Shown here piece by piece: positions 47,979-62,506 of a stretch of 64,000 nucleotides of DNA. This DNA is from Zancudomyces culisetae HAW-14-8 (taxonomy: Eukaryota > Fungi > Kickxellomycota). Under the pieces are notes generated by a model, which ran no database searches, was not told the DNA's origin, and worked only from the letters and a program-made list of their open reading frames with translations. Each line of letters begins with the position of its first letter. Positions within the stretch are counted from its first letter, which is position 1. The stretch is taken from contig JBNJNM010000008.1 in NCBI GenBank assembly GCA_052426225.1, positions 62,001 to 126,000 of the forward strand. Reading direction: 5' to 3'. A program made the position numbers and the translations under genes.

Positions 47979-50900
47979 TTAGTTCAAAGTTAAAGCTGCT
48001 GGTTGCTGGGTAGCAGGGGGTAATGAAGTGGTAGAGTGAGTAAAAACCAGATGTAGCCAAGCATAGAGGGCATTCAACAACCCATCAGTAAACAACAGTG
48101 AGTTGTCAGGGCTGTACATGTTGTGGGAGGCTAGGAACTGTTCGAGCGAAGAGCGGGGCAGTGGGTGATAACAGATGGAGGAAAAGTAGTAAGGGCTGAA
48201 GGAAGGTGCGTTGGCAGCAAGGGCGGGGATGTATGGTGCATAGCGGCGGTATAGGTCGTCGAAAAAGAGGTACCAGCAGAGCCGGAGGGGATGTGGGTGG
48301 GTTTTTGGAGGTGGGGCTAATGGGGGCTGATCAGGTTGCTCAGGTTGGTTGGGTTGGTTGGGTTGGTTTGGTACCATAGTTGGTATTGCGGTTGGCATCG
48401 CGATCGGCATCTGGGTTGGGTATGCTGATGAACTTAAATTGGTGTTTGAAGTTGGAATTTGGTCAAGATTTGGATCTGGCATAGAGATAAAAGTGGGATT
48501 TTGGGCAGAGGAATTATGAACCAAAGAATCAGAAGTAGGAATTCCAGAGATACCCAAAAGCTCATTGTTGGGAGAAAGAAGAGAACTAGGATCAAAATGC
48601 ACAACTGAAGGGTCACGAGGGTGTAGCGAGGGGCGAACAAGATCAAGGCGAATGTACAGAGCCTTGAGGTCGCTGTAGTGGTCGTGGACAAGGTTCTTTA
48701 GATAAGAATTGGATTCAAGTGAGACGAGAGCCATCAGTTCGTTGTATGTAGGCAGAGCATCAAGAGCAAAAGTAGATGCAAGTGGTAAAGATAAAGATGG
48801 TTTTTTCGCGGGGTAGAGGAGGGGTGTAGAAGAGAGTGCGGATGATGGTGGAGAAATGGCATTATTGAGATCAACAGACTCAGCAACAGCAGTATACCAC
48901 GAAACATGTGTCGCAGCATGGCGCAAAGAATTTGTGGGTGCAAGGCCAGGATGTGGTGCAAAGATGGTGCGGAGAAATGCATATGATGATGCGTTAAGTT
49001 TGCTGTAGTGTAGGGAAGAAAGGTATTTTCGACGGCGGTCAAAGCTCTCGAGTACACGTGGGAAGGTAGCAGCAATTGCGTCCGAGTTTGCAGCCAACAG
49101 GTAGTACAGGTTGTCGGTTAGTTGGAGGTCGGAGGTCAAGCCCAGGAGTTTGGCTTCGAGACGTGCCGCTAGTGGAGCAGTCCATGAAGCCCACAAATCG
49201 GTTGGATTAATGCGGATTTTGTCATGTGCACGTGCTGGTGGCGAGTCGGAATTCTCGAGAAGCCGCAGCGCACCAAACAACGCAAATGCGCTCTTTTTCT
49301 CTTGTAGTTCTGCAAAGGATGCGTCGGTTGCATTATCTGCATTGAACCGCTTGGTCTGTAGCATGGCGACGAGGACGGGGTCGATTGCTGAACTGTTGCC
49401 AGCAGCTGGTTTGGACCGAGAAAGTGGACCGCGAGGTATTTTTGCATAAACAAGATTATCATTCGCTTTAGATTTGGATTTGGATTTACTAAAGAACGAT
49501 GCAAAGGTATTATTACTTTGACCAGACTGTTGTTGTTGTTGTTGTTGCTGTTCATCAGACGAGTCCTTGGGGATTTCAGAAATAAAAGAGCTCAGATTAG
49601 ATACAGCTGTCCTTGATACTATTTGATTTTCGGCACTATAGACAACGACATGTGCAGCCAAAAGAGCCAGTCGCACTTGGAAACCAGCACTGTCGGCCGG
49701 CTGCAGATTGTGGCGAACAATGGAAAGTTTTGCCGAAACAACCAGTTTTTTGGAGGGGCTTTCGGTGGCAAACGGGAGAGAAATTGTGGGTTGAAGCTCG
49801 AGAGAGCGTATAGCAAGGCGGAGTTGGCGCCTGCGGATGATTTCGTGGCAGGAGTTCTGAGCTACAAACACACGCCAGGCAGTAACTGAGTAAATACGGA
49901 TGACGTGCTGAGGTGCTTCGTCATAGATGAAATACAGACAGAACGGAAAACTGGTCCATGAAGCCTTGCCGAACCACGATTGGATGCGGTACGTTGTTTG
50001 TTTGTACGGGTTTGCTGCGATAACTTGGTTTTGGATATTGAGAGCTTCTTGAATTTTTAAATCGTTTGAAGATTCAAAAATCACACCAAATACTTGCTTT
50101 TCTGACAATTGTTGTTGTTCAGGATTATTTTCAAAGAGAGCGAGTGGAGGCTTAAAATACATATCAGGACCATTATAGTTGTTTATAATCTGAGTTTGAA
50201 GGTCACGAACCAAAAACGGGTCGTTTAGGAGTGGTGTGGAAATTGAACTAGTCTGCTGTAGATTAATATTATTATTGTTGTTGTTGTTGTTGTTATTGTT
50301 ATTACTATTATCCTGCTGCAAGTCTGGCAGATTCCAACCAAAAAGATTATCGTTGTCTTGGCGTATCGATGTAGGATTGACGCAGTGCTCGGCGCGGCTG
50401 ACAAGGTAGTCATCAATAACTGCCTGTGAGTATTGTTCGTAGCCTATTGCCTGCATAATCAGTACATTTTCAACGTGTCGTTCGGCAGAATATCCACTGA
50501 ACGACGGTAGAGTTGGTGTACGCCCATTATCACGATCAGAGGTGCTGGGGTGGTTGTACAGATACCCTGAAACTGGTAGCGAATAGAAAGCATCAGCTGT
50601 GAGAACTGGCAGCCGCATATCGCGTGATGCAAGCAGGATGGCCGACCAGGTATCTTGCCAGATGCGCTGAGCGGCGAGTAGTTGTAGATTTGAAGAAAAT
50701 GCCGATGTGTCGTTAAGGATACCGGGAGAAAACGAGAAACAGTGTGATGGAGCAGTTGAAGAGAGTGGGATGGTGGCGTAGTGTGGTTCTATTGGGTCTT
50801 GTTCACTAGTAGTAATATCTGTAGTGTTGGTAGTATTAGTAGTGGTGTTGGTAATGGTGATGATCGAATGTGCTTGAGAGATTGAGCCAACAGCAATGAC

Positions 50901-53869
50901 AATGATAGTGAAGGAGCAGAGAACATAGACAAACAACATAAAACAAAGAATGCTAAAGAAAGCATAGTTTCCAGAAAACAAAGGTGTTGAAGACGAAACA
51001 ATATTGAACAGATAGTTTTTGTTGACGTTGTTGACAATGGAAAACAACACAAGTGCAAACACACTGATGATTGCCAAACATACATGCATAATGAAGTCGG
51101 CAGCATTCATCGACGAGTCAAAGTACGGCTTGTTGGAAATACACTTCTTCAGCGCATACAATATACACAGCATGAATGCGACTTGGCGAAACGTATCAAT
51201 AGATTGTACAACAATTGCATTTAACCCACCCAGTTGGGTTGTGGCAGCTGCGGCTGCAGCCATGTCGGAGAATTTGAAAAATGCAACACGAGGTTTGCGC
51301 AAGCACGTATATGACGAAAACAACGAGCCTAGCAGAGCCAGCAAGAATTTGAAGGCACAAGATGCCGCAAACTCGGCAGCAAAGTCTGGATACGTGTTTT
51401 GGTAAACAAAAGCCAGTGGGTTACGGTTTGCATACAGCAACCGCTCATATACCTGAATAGCCAACAACGACTTGAGTTTGCCAACATGCTTGCCCACTTT
51501 GTGGTCAACACCATCGAGCTGGAAATTGTGTTCCTCTAGCACAGCCAGTAATGCCTTGCCTGCAGGAGTCGACGCCACCACGGCATAACAGTGAGTAGAT
51601 GTCAGTAGTTGGTTAATAGTCGGCATGTTTTGGTGAGCCAGGCTGGCAACATACAGTGGGAACGCAATGCCGTAGAACGCCAGCACGGCAGCCGCAAGAC
51701 CGAGCAGTCCACCTGTGGCGTTGACGCCTTCAGAGTCAAAGTAATTGTAGCATGTAGAAGCAGGTAGATCGGAAGTGGTATATTCAGATACTGGCCATAG
51801 CCACGAGTTCCACAGTATCACATTAAGCGCATACTTGATTGTAGGCAGATACAGCAGATACAGAGCCACAAAGAGTGCCTTGCGTATATTCATATGCCAA
51901 TACGAAGTCTTCATGAACCGTTTGGTGAGTAAGCTTAGTCGGGTTGGCGCAGTAAGCGTAAATGTGGTGCGTGTAATGCTTTCAGCAACCGATGGAACTG
52001 TGCGGATTCGATGGTCAAGAAGATTTGTGGTTTGTGTTGTGGCAGTGGTGATGCAGCTAACAGCCGTACTTTTGGTTTTCGTCTGAGCCGATTCGGTAGT
52101 TGTGCGGAGACACTCCAAAAATTCATCAGAGTTTAGCAGGTCCTTGGTGGAATCAAACCAGTGAGCAAACGGGGTAAACCGGCTAGCTTTACGCTTAACA
52201 TTGACCGACTCCAGCAGTTTCTCCTCAGTATCACCATCAAGCGAATCCATTGTGTCAGCAAAGTAGTACTTGTGCTCTTCATTATAAAAGCTAGGATAAC
52301 TGATACTAAGTAACACCCACGACGCCAGCAATAACAACGCAAGAGCCGCGTAGACATAGAAAGCAATGGCTGATGCAGTTTGCGAAACGTGTGCAAACAA
52401 ATCGCCAAACATCAGCCCAATGGTTGTGGTTGGATATAACAACCCTCGGAGTGGCACAAACGGGCCGTAAAAGGAAATGCTTGCATCTCTAGCAAAAAAA
52501 TAATGGTGGATCAATCCGCCAACTAATATTGCTATAATCTGGTTCATATCTACCAACCGGAACACAAATGGCATTGTGCGGTCGCACGCCGGACCGAAAT
52601 GCACCTGCCACCCATCACTGCCTCTTGCAATATGATCCACATAGAAGTGTGCAATGTACTTGGTATATGTCGCTGCAACCGTTGCTTTCACTGTTTCTGC
52701 TGTTATCTTGCTGGCTTTTGCTAGCAATGCGACAAATGTGTATGGTGATGCTAAAAATAATGTCTTTTCAACCGACCAGTTGTCATCAATTTGGTTGGTG
52801 GGTGTAAAAGCATGCATCAGTGCATCCGTACGTAAATATGGAATGTGGCTAAACGGTGCAAACATTCCCTCCTTTTCCATCCCCACTGTGTTTGCTGTTT
52901 CAACATTAACTTTGAACTGTTGTAATATTAATTGTTTGGCTGACTGCTTTGTTCCCAACCTATTCTTTTTTCCTTTCTCCTTTCCTTTACTCCTTTCTCT
53001 TTTCTTTTCTCTTTCCTTTTCTTTTCCATTATCTTTGTTGGCTAGCCCATTGGTATCTGCGCTTCCATATACTGCCAGTGCCTCTGTATCAAATACTGCT
53101 TCACTTGCCCGCGCAAATCGCCGTACCTTAACACTATAACTATTCGCCGCAAGCTCTGTCAATACCACATCAACATCAGGCTGACTAACTCGTGCCGCAT
53201 CTGGTTGAATGTCTTCTAAACTCAACCCCAGATTCTGTGCCGTTGTTTGTTCCGCAGTCACTGCTTCCACTGTCGTTGTTGCTGTTGAAGAGTTTCGATT
53301 GCTTCGTTTGAATAACTGCAAAAATAGTTTTGGATCAAGACTAAATGCTCCACTGCTGCTGCGCTCCGAAAAGTACCATGAACCCGGTACCAATGGCACT
53401 AACATAATTTGTCCACGTATTGGCTTGACCTTTTTACGTGCTTTTTTCACTAGATACGTTATTAGTGCGATTAATGATGTGAATAAGAGCGCTAAAACTA
53501 GCTTGAAATTACTTTTTTTCTTTTCTTTTTCTTTTTCCTTTGCCTTTCCTCCTCCTGCCCCTCCACCTCCCCCTCCACCACCACCACCACCTCCTCCTCC
53601 ACTGTAGTTGTTAATATTACTGTTGTTGGGGTTGTTGTTATAGTTTGGGTTGTTGCTATTGAAATTACCTGTGTTGGTATTGTTCATGTTATTATGGTTT
53701 TGTTGATTAAAATTGCTATTATTATTATTATTATTCATGTTATTATTGTAGTTGGCATTTCCTCCGGCATTCGAAAGCATCGTTCCAATTACCGGCACCA
53801 CTGCTGGTGCTGCACCCAATATTTTACCAAACAAATTATTGTTTTTCTTGTCATCATTGTTACTATTAA

Positions 53870-53906
<37 letters not shown>

Positions 53907-56900
53907 ATTAGTGTTGGTGTTGGTGTTGGTGTTGTTGAGACTTTGTGTAGCAACACTAGGCTCCTCAGGCACCATCGCCATATTCACCTGTACATTTGTG
54001 TTATTTTGTCCATTACCACTATTACTAGGTTGAGTATTTTGACGTACTGCCGCAACTGGTACAGCTAGTGTCGATGTTTGTCGTTGTTCTCTATTCTTAT
54101 TAGCAACCACAAGTACTTGTTGATCACCACCACCACTACCACTACCACTATCACTATTTTTGTTATTTTCTTGTAACCTGTTGTACTGTGGAAACCTCTT
54201 TTCACCAAATGATGATGATGATGCTGATGATTGAAGTTTACCGAAATTACTTGGTTTTTTTTCAACTCCCAAATCATCAACCAAATCAACTTCTCCTGTT
54301 GCTTTGATCTGCTTAAACCGCTCTTGCATACCTTTAAACGCCTCTACCTCTGTCCCGCTTCTTCCATCCAACATCTTGACTTTTTCATTATTTTCTATTT
54401 CTCTTTCTCTTTCTGATTTATCGCTGGTGCGCTTGAATGGGTTCCTAAACACTCTTTTAAATTTATTAAAAAAGTTATCCCTACCCGTTGCAAACCATCC
54501 CTTGTGATCTCCACCCTTTCGTTTAAGTTTTTGGTTTTCCCCTTTTCCTTTTCCATTTTCTTTTGCATCTACATTCTCCTTCCCACCTTCTATCTCATCT
54601 TCGACTTCAACATCCTTGTTCTTGTTTTTTAAAGTATGGTTTTTATAATACTTGGTTTTAATGTTGACATTATTTTCATTATCTCCCAGTTTTGCTATAA
54701 ATTCATCACTTGTATCTGCAGGTTGCTTCTGGTTATTGAACAATATTTTTACCACTTCTTCTTTACTGCCAAGATTACTATTAATATTGCTATAACTATC
54801 ATCAGTACCATTACCATTACCATCAACTTTTCTGTTATTCATTCCATTCCCCTTCCTCTTGTCTCTGTTTTTGTCCATTGCCTTTACTCCTGATTGTGCT
54901 GATAAACCACTATATACCCTCTCACCAGATCCAAGTAGCCGTGAACTGGAAGTATTGTTATCCTCATTGCGATAAATATTATTGCTTGTCTTGGAATTTG
55001 AACCCCGCTGGTACCTGTTTCCAACACCAATTATAGCCACCTGTTTGGCTTTTGAAGCCTTGGAACTAACACTCTTTGAATCATTCTGACTTTCATTTTG
55101 ACTTTCACTTTCACTTTCACCTTCACCATTACTACGTTCTCTGTATTCATACTTTTTGGTACTAACATTCTCAACTGATGTCGGTGCTGAACGCTGTTGT
55201 AGTTTTTGTGGAATTTGTGGAAGTGTCTTTTTTCCAACTACAAATGACATTTTTTTATTACCACCACCACCACTACCACTATTACCACTACTGATTTTAC
55301 TGTTATTATCGTTATTGTTGGTCATTAAAATTGGATTTACAGAGTTTCTGGTACCTGAAATACCGGGTCCTGTTTGGATCGATGAGAGTAAGTTAATATG
55401 GTTGTTAGTTACAAATGGTGGTTTTTCATTTTGACCTTTTGATGTGTTGTTTACTGATTGAATTGCCAATTTATTAGTCACAAGTTTATGAGCACTATTG
55501 TATTCCAAATGTCCTTTTTCATAACCTCCATTATCATTATCATTACCATTACTATCATCTATACCACTCGCTGTTGTTGTAGAACTCTTTGCTATAAGCG
55601 AACTAGTGTACGTTGTAGAGTTATGTGATGGTATATTTGGTATTTTGGATTTTTGCTTTTGCTTTTGTGTTTGTTTTTGTCCTTCCTCGTACTCTGAATT
55701 TGTATTTCCCCTATCATTACCACGATAGTAATCACTAACACCATCACTAACACCACCACCGCTTTTAAGAACCATTTTTGTTGATGATGGGGATCTGGTT
55801 TTCTCTGTTGTCTTTGGCGAATTGAATGGTGGTGTCATGACTTGCTTGTCTAAATACCCCGATACATTTTTTTTATTTTGAATTGTTGTTGATTTGTATT
55901 CAACAAAAGGATTCTCGTTTTGATTCTCCGTTACTAGTACGGTATTCACAATCGGATTAGCTTCAGTCTTAATATACTCCTTTTCATTGACATTTTCAGT
56001 GTTGTGGCTTGAAATATCTGATTGAGACGTCGGTGATAATGGTAATAGTTGGTTAACAACTACTTTTGCTTTAGCTTTAAGTTTAGATTTAGGCTTAGGC
56101 TTAGGTTTAGGCTCTGGAGTATCTGTTGGTATAGAATCTGGTTGTGCTGCCGATTTTATCCGTTCCTTTTGTTTTTCCTTGGCTTTCAATTTCTGCTTGA
56201 TAGTCACATCAATTGGTTGGTTCCACCATTTCCCACTTTCACTGCTATTATTCGAGACGTAGGACGTGTTTTTCTGCTCTCCCTCTATACCAACCTCTTT
56301 TATCTCTATCTTGCTATTGTATGGCTTTGGGCCAAACGAATCGTCTTGCTTCGGATTAACTGGAACATCAAAGCCTGTGCCCAAACTCAGGTTCTCAAAG
56401 TTATCTATTTTTGACCGAATCAGGTTGTTGCTGCTGCTGGTTTGTTCATCAATACTACTATGTTGGTCCAGATTTGTGCGGATATCGCTTGGTTTATATG
56501 AATATCGACTAGGATGTGTCATTGTGCTCAGTAGCGACCTGTTGTCAATGTGCATATTTACCTTGCTGTCATCATTGCTCTTGTAGCTGTCGGTGTGACC
56601 ATCTACCTGCCCAACGCCGTCAATTCCCCGATTGGATGCACCTGGTTCTGTGTGCCTTGTCCTTTTTGTCCTTTCCATATCTTTTAACTCTTGGATTTTT
56701 TTGATTGGTGGTTTGGGTAGTGCCTTTTTTGGTCGAACTTCAGCTTCAACCCTATCCTTATTAACTCCGCCATTTATTTCTCCAATCTCTTTTACCTCCT
56801 CGACTTTGTTTTCTATTTCAGCATTGCTCTTGTCTTTTTTTTCTACCAAATTTGTGTTGTAAACATTTATGTTTTTTACCCTTTCATTTCTCCCAGCTAT

Positions 56901-59414
56901 TGCTCCTATTTTGTCTGGTACAGATGGATACACTCTAAACTCAATACTCTCACCATTTGCCTCTGTTTGGTGCTTTTCCTGTTCCTGTTCCTGTTCTTGT
57001 TTCTGCTCCTCTTTCTGCTTCTGATTCCAAGTCTGCCTCTGGTTCTGCTCCTGCTGTGCTTGCTGCGTTATTATCGACTCAATATACTCAACTTGTGACC
57101 GTCGTTGAAGCACCTTACGCCAATCACCTCGACTCTTACCCGATAATTTATAGATACTATCATTTCTCCCACTTTCCTCCTCCTTCTCGACCACTACCTC
57201 CTCCCCCAATTTTGCATCTCTTGCTTCCTTTACCACTTTTGCCGGTCCAAACGGCGGCCGCTGGAAAAGCTTTCGATTTGCATAGTGTTTGTAATCTTGA
57301 ACTACATTGAGTTCGCCACTTACTGCTGGCGACTCCAACATTTTTGCCGTACTATAGTTGTTCAACCCATCCGCTTTTATATCTACTTGTGAAATCTCCG
57401 AACTTGCATTCGTATCTGTGACTGTCATTGTATCTGCATTCTTGTATATTTCCACGTACTCTTTGTGTTTATCCAACCATGCTTCAACTTTGCTATATCC
57501 TCTTGGTCTATTTGCTCCACCAACCTGTTGACTTTCTACTTCTATCCCATCTCGCTCATCTCGCTCATCCTGGTCGCCTCCCATAGACCCAGCAGCTCCC
57601 TCTTGCTCCACATCTACCGCCAAGACAGCTTCACCCACCTTGTTTTTCTCTATCCTCTGATTAATAGGTAATGATGATTTTGCTTTGCCTTTCAACTGCC
57701 GCTCCGTTCCCTTTAAACTCTCACCACTCGCTGTCTTGTCCCTGGATACTACGCTATTCAGTTCTCCTCCACTGCTATTTTTAAGTTGCGTCTCCAGCCG
57801 CTCAACTATCCTTTCAACATGACACTCTTCAATTTTCCCTGTCGATCTCCGTTCCTTCTTTTTCTTCGTGCCCCCATCTTCACCTGACTTGGGCGTTATT
57901 TTCTCCAGAAAACTCTGCTCAAGCCTAGACCTGCTTTTACTAAGACTTTTCTGTCCCTTTGATATCTCGGATTTTCTACTTTCCTTTGTTGGTGCCTCGT
58001 TAGCCCAACTACTATTTCTATCTCCACAATAGTCATTACTACCACTAAAACTGCTATTCCCATCTCGGCTCTTACCTCTAGACGATAAAACTGGTGGAAA
58101 TTTCACATTTCCAATCCCATAATTGCTTGTGCTCGATTTCGATATGCTTTTGCTATCAATACTCGTGCGTTTTCCTCTCACCACGCACTCCTCATTTTTT
58201 TTATTCATATCCTTGATACTCTGTTGTCTCTGCATTTTCTCCTTTATTTCAGCAACGTCAATTTCTCTAGTTTTTCCAACAGTTTTGTTTGCTATCTCTA
58301 TCTCATCCTTAGCAGTGTTCAGTGATTGTGCATGCTGTTCTAATATATTTTTCACCATATCTCCGCCAATACTACTCCTCGAATAATCCACACTTCCTAT
58401 TGATGCATTTTTCCCTTGTACCCTCCCTGCTCTCCCAGATTTGCGCTCAGTGTTAGGTTCACTTGTTGTCACTACTCTTTTGGACTTTGCGTCCTTGAGT
58501 TCTATATCTCTATCAGGTCGACCTGTGCTTTTTCTGCGCAACGCTGTGCCTCTTTCACTATCAGTATCAATACCAAGTTGATTCCCTTTGCTTTCTTCGG
58601 GCATTCCAGCGGTTCTCAAAATATCTTTACCCGAGCTGTAGCCGCCATTATTGCTACCATTGCTATTTAAATCACCTCCTTTAATTTGTGCCCTATGTTG
58701 AAGATATCCTGTTACTTTTACTTCTTCACACGCTTGAGGTGGCTCACTTTTATTTCCTTCAGTCCCACCGAAAACCCCTAACCTCTCACCTAAACTCGTT
58801 TCGTCAAACGCCGTCTTGTATGATAACCGCTTCACAACATTCGACACGTCAGTTCTTCTATCTTTTACTCTTTCCAACACACTGCCACCCTCAATTTCTT
58901 TTGTCTTTTCCACTGTGCCTCCACTATACCTGTTACTGGACATATCAAGATTACTCTCGGTCGAATAGTACATACTCTTGCCCGATGTTCCTTCAGTCTT
59001 TCCCATCCTACTACTATCATTTTCCGAGTCTTTACTCATCATCGAACTGGTACTTTGCACACTACTCCTATTTCGCTTAGTCGACCGTTTTGGGATCTTC
59101 TTTCCTATAAGCTCAGTGATATTGATGTTTTGGTTGTGAAACTTCGAATCGCTTTGACTGTACTGCTTGCTCTCCAACCCACCACTCTTTCTACCGGTTA
59201 TTCGCTCCAGTGCAAACATGTCGATATCGTTTGCCGAACTATTTTCTTTTTTGTTTTGCGCCTTTGCCGCCCTCATATATTCTGCATATAATGCATCTTT
59301 TATATCCTCCACCACACTGTCTACGTCCAGCACACTATCGCTCCGCTCAGAACTGCTCCTCCTACTCCTATATTTGGTTTTACTATATCTGCGTTGTTTT
59401 ACTTCTTTTTCCAT
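47979..59414 (-). CDS. Giant single-exon 3811-aa protein: about 2000-aa low-complexity N-terminal region, multi-pass membrane region and globular-looking C-terminal region; function unknown
   Basis: 11.4-kb uninterrupted ORF. No signal peptide. Poly-N/G/Q tracts. First TM is FKLVLALLFTSLIALITYLV, followed by multiple further hydrophobic segments. Motifs KPYFDSSMN, QRIWQDTW, SAERHVEN, GPDMYF, WYLFFDDLYRR. Confidence 0.85.
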
Positions 59415-62074
59415 TTCGTATGAATTCTATCTGCTACTATTATGACTAATTGCTATTGCTATTGCTATTGCTACTGTTTATGCATTTGCTCCTATTTTTT
59501 ACTTTGTACATAATATTATTTAGCTTTCTTTTGACCTCCTACTCCAAGCCCCACTCTTCTGTATTTGCTTTTTGTATTCGTCTTAGCCAGTGCTATATGC
59601 TCTTGTTTTTTTTTTAACTTGCCTTCCTGAATGTAGTTACTTTATCCCATCCCTTTCCCAAAAAAAAAAAGAACAGGCTTTAAACTAAAAAGATGAACAT
59701 GTTTTTTTTTCTCTTTGCAAAACTGTACTTTATAAATTCTGTTTTATGCGTGTTGATGTTTTTCAAACACAAATATCTCACAAAATGTCTGTGTTTTGTT
59801 GGTTTGTAAACCCATCTTCGTCTATTTAATTGATACCCGACGTGTTTTCCCTTCCCCCCCTTCCATTAAAATAAATCGCGATCCTTTTTGAAATCCACAA
59901 ATAAGCTGATTTTAGTTCCCATAACAAATTTATCCACCATTTTCATTTGTTTTTCAAATCTTGTTTCCAACTTTTCTCCCTTCCTTTTTCTTCCCTCTTT
60001 TTTCTCCTGTTTTGACCTTTAGAATACTGGCTTTTTTGTTTACCTTTTTCTTTCTTTGATTGCAGCCAATCCACTCTTTCCTTCTTCTCCTCCCTTAATA
60101 TTATTTCTTTTTTATTTTTACTACCATTAGCATTTGTCAATATTTAATTCCGCTTTATTTTTTTTACAGTAATTTTGGCTAACTATGATTTACCAAGACG
60201 TGACTTATCACCTAATTACCACCAGAAAAATAAAACGAATTATAGCAAAGCTGTGTATACAACGCCGTTTTTTTTATTTACTATCTGCACTATTTCGCGA
60301 AACACTGCCAAATACAACCCATCATATGCATATTATCCCCCACATCTCTGGGCTCACTCCTCCATTTCAGCACATTCTGTGTGAGAGTTGGCCAGAGTTT
60401 TAAAGACATTTCGGTTTTGGTTATTTCCAGGATCCATTCACCCTACTATTCAAATCTATTTCATCCTCTAGTATTCCCCACTAGAACCGTCAGAACAGAA
60501 ACACCACTATTTATTTATGCACAATTTCAAGCATTTTCATTTTATTCTCTTTAATCATTTGAGCTGGCTATTAACGGAGTTTTCGCCAACTCTACACTCA
60601 AAGCTCCACCAAATGTGATGAACAAACTAAATGATGGTAATGCCAAGAACTACTTTAAACCAATTTTGTTGGCATTATTCTAGACATATTCTCAAGTTTA
60701 AATGGTACAAAACAATTCATTAATTCCAACATTAAACTAGAAACATTCAAAAAAATAAAAAAACAAGCGCAGAATTTAAACAGCAAGATTTCACAAGTGT
60801 TTACTACGCTATTTTTACTTTTATTGTGACGTTCATGTATTAACCGTTGTTGTATTCTGTTTTTTCAAAAACCATATGCTTCAACACAACCAAACTACAA
60901 TAATTATCTATAACTATATCATCTTTGCTATCTTTTGGATTTTTTTTAATTAAAAAATTAAAAGGTATATTAATTTGTTATTCCCATATATTCATCCAAA
61001 CCTACAAAAAAAATGAATAAATAAAAGTAAATATACCCCATGCATCAACTCTCAAGTACTGCTAAAATTATAGTTTACACTATTGACTCAATCCATGCAT
61101 CCACGATTCAATGTATAACAGTAATTTGATCACAACATTCCGAGTTTTTACTATTTGTTTTTCTGTTGGCTCGTCGATATGTTATCTTGTGGTACCAATA
61201 ATCTGTCCTATTAACATAATCTAATCATACACTTTTATACAAACTAAAAAATAAAATTTGTTGGACTCTTGTTATATTTTTAAATACCATTAAGCACGCT
61301 TTCACCTCTCCTCCCTCCCTTCACCCAACAGGTCGGGTTTTTTTCATTCGATTTCAAATATAAAAAGTTCAATTTGCAATAAAGCTTTAAACATTTTTAT
61401 TCTCTTTTTACCATACTGCAAATTTTTTTTTATTCAACCCCAGAAATGTTCATAAAACTAAAACACAAACCATCAAATGAACTGTAAAAATGGTTTGGCG
61501 GGAAGTTTAACCACAATTATTAACTTTAATATATCCAACATGAGGAGTCACCACAAATTTGCGTATCTTTATATCCACACCGGATTTTTATTATTATTTT
61601 ATATTTCTAGTATTCTCCTGGTTGCTGAAAATAAAGTATTGGACCAATATAATATTCCAATGCTGTTAGAAAATCAATATAGTGTATTTTTTTTATAAAA
61701 CTAATTAACATGTTATGTTTTACCCAATGTTTAATGTTTTTGTCCAACTCAAACTTTAATAACCGCATTTTTAATATTTTTTCTTGAAAAGAAAACTTGC
61801 TGTATTATTTTAATAGCTTATGGTAGATTAAACGGTATTAGCCGTGGTTAACAACGTATATTTGAAGTTTCTAATATATGATTTTATACCATTATCTTAC
61901 ACTTATCTACCGAGCTGATAAAAAAAAGTATAATAACCGACCGTTTTTCCCAAAACTTGAACTTTCTGCAATAAAAAGGTTTACATACATCTTTTTACAT
62001 CATCCACATCATTCAACTTTACGGTTACTTAGTTAACTAAAAAAACAAGAAAACCTACCAAAACAGTAAACAAA

Positions 62075-62506
62075 ATGTTCAAATCAGTATTCGTTGTAGC
62101 TGCACTTACAGCAACATCCCTTGCACAGAATATGAACCAGGTCATCGATTTGGGCAGTAACAACTTTGATAGCTATATGAACTGGGCAAATGGTGGTGCA
62201 TTTGTCAAGTTTTATGCCCCTTGGTGTGGATTTTGTAAAAAGCTTGCCCAACCATTTGCAGAAATGGCCAGCACCACTGGATCCCAGGAAAGCAAGATTC
62301 TTATCGGCCAAGTAAACTGTGATAATGAAAAGGCGCTATGTCAGAGATATAAAGTTAGAGGATATCCTACCATGTTGTACTTTTATAATGGCAATGCCAA
62401 TAACTACATCAAGTACAATGGCGAGAGAGATGCCAGCAGTCTTTCATCATATGTTCGCAGCAACTACGCTAGCTCTGCACAGACTTCTGAAAGTGCTCGC
62501 AAGTGA
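62075..62506 (+). CDS. Secreted single-domain PDI-type thioredoxin, 143 aa
   Basis: Signal peptide MFKSVFVVAALTATSLA, active site FVKFYAPWCGFCKKL, VNCD..K.LC.RY.VRGYPT, Y.GERD. No HDEL/KDEL. Confidence 0.9.
   Translation: MFKSVFVVAALTATSLAQNMNQVIDLGSNNFDSYMNWANGGAFVKFYAPWCGFCKKLAQPFAEMASTTGSQESKILIGQVNCDNEKALCQRYKVRGYPTMLYFYNGNANNYIKYNGERDASSLSSYVRSNYASSAQTSESARK

Noticed and set aside
48434-59449. Numerous antisense and alternate-frame ORFs inside the giant gene (also inside UFD2 and MYST)
   Set aside because: Shadows of low-complexity, skewed coding sequence.
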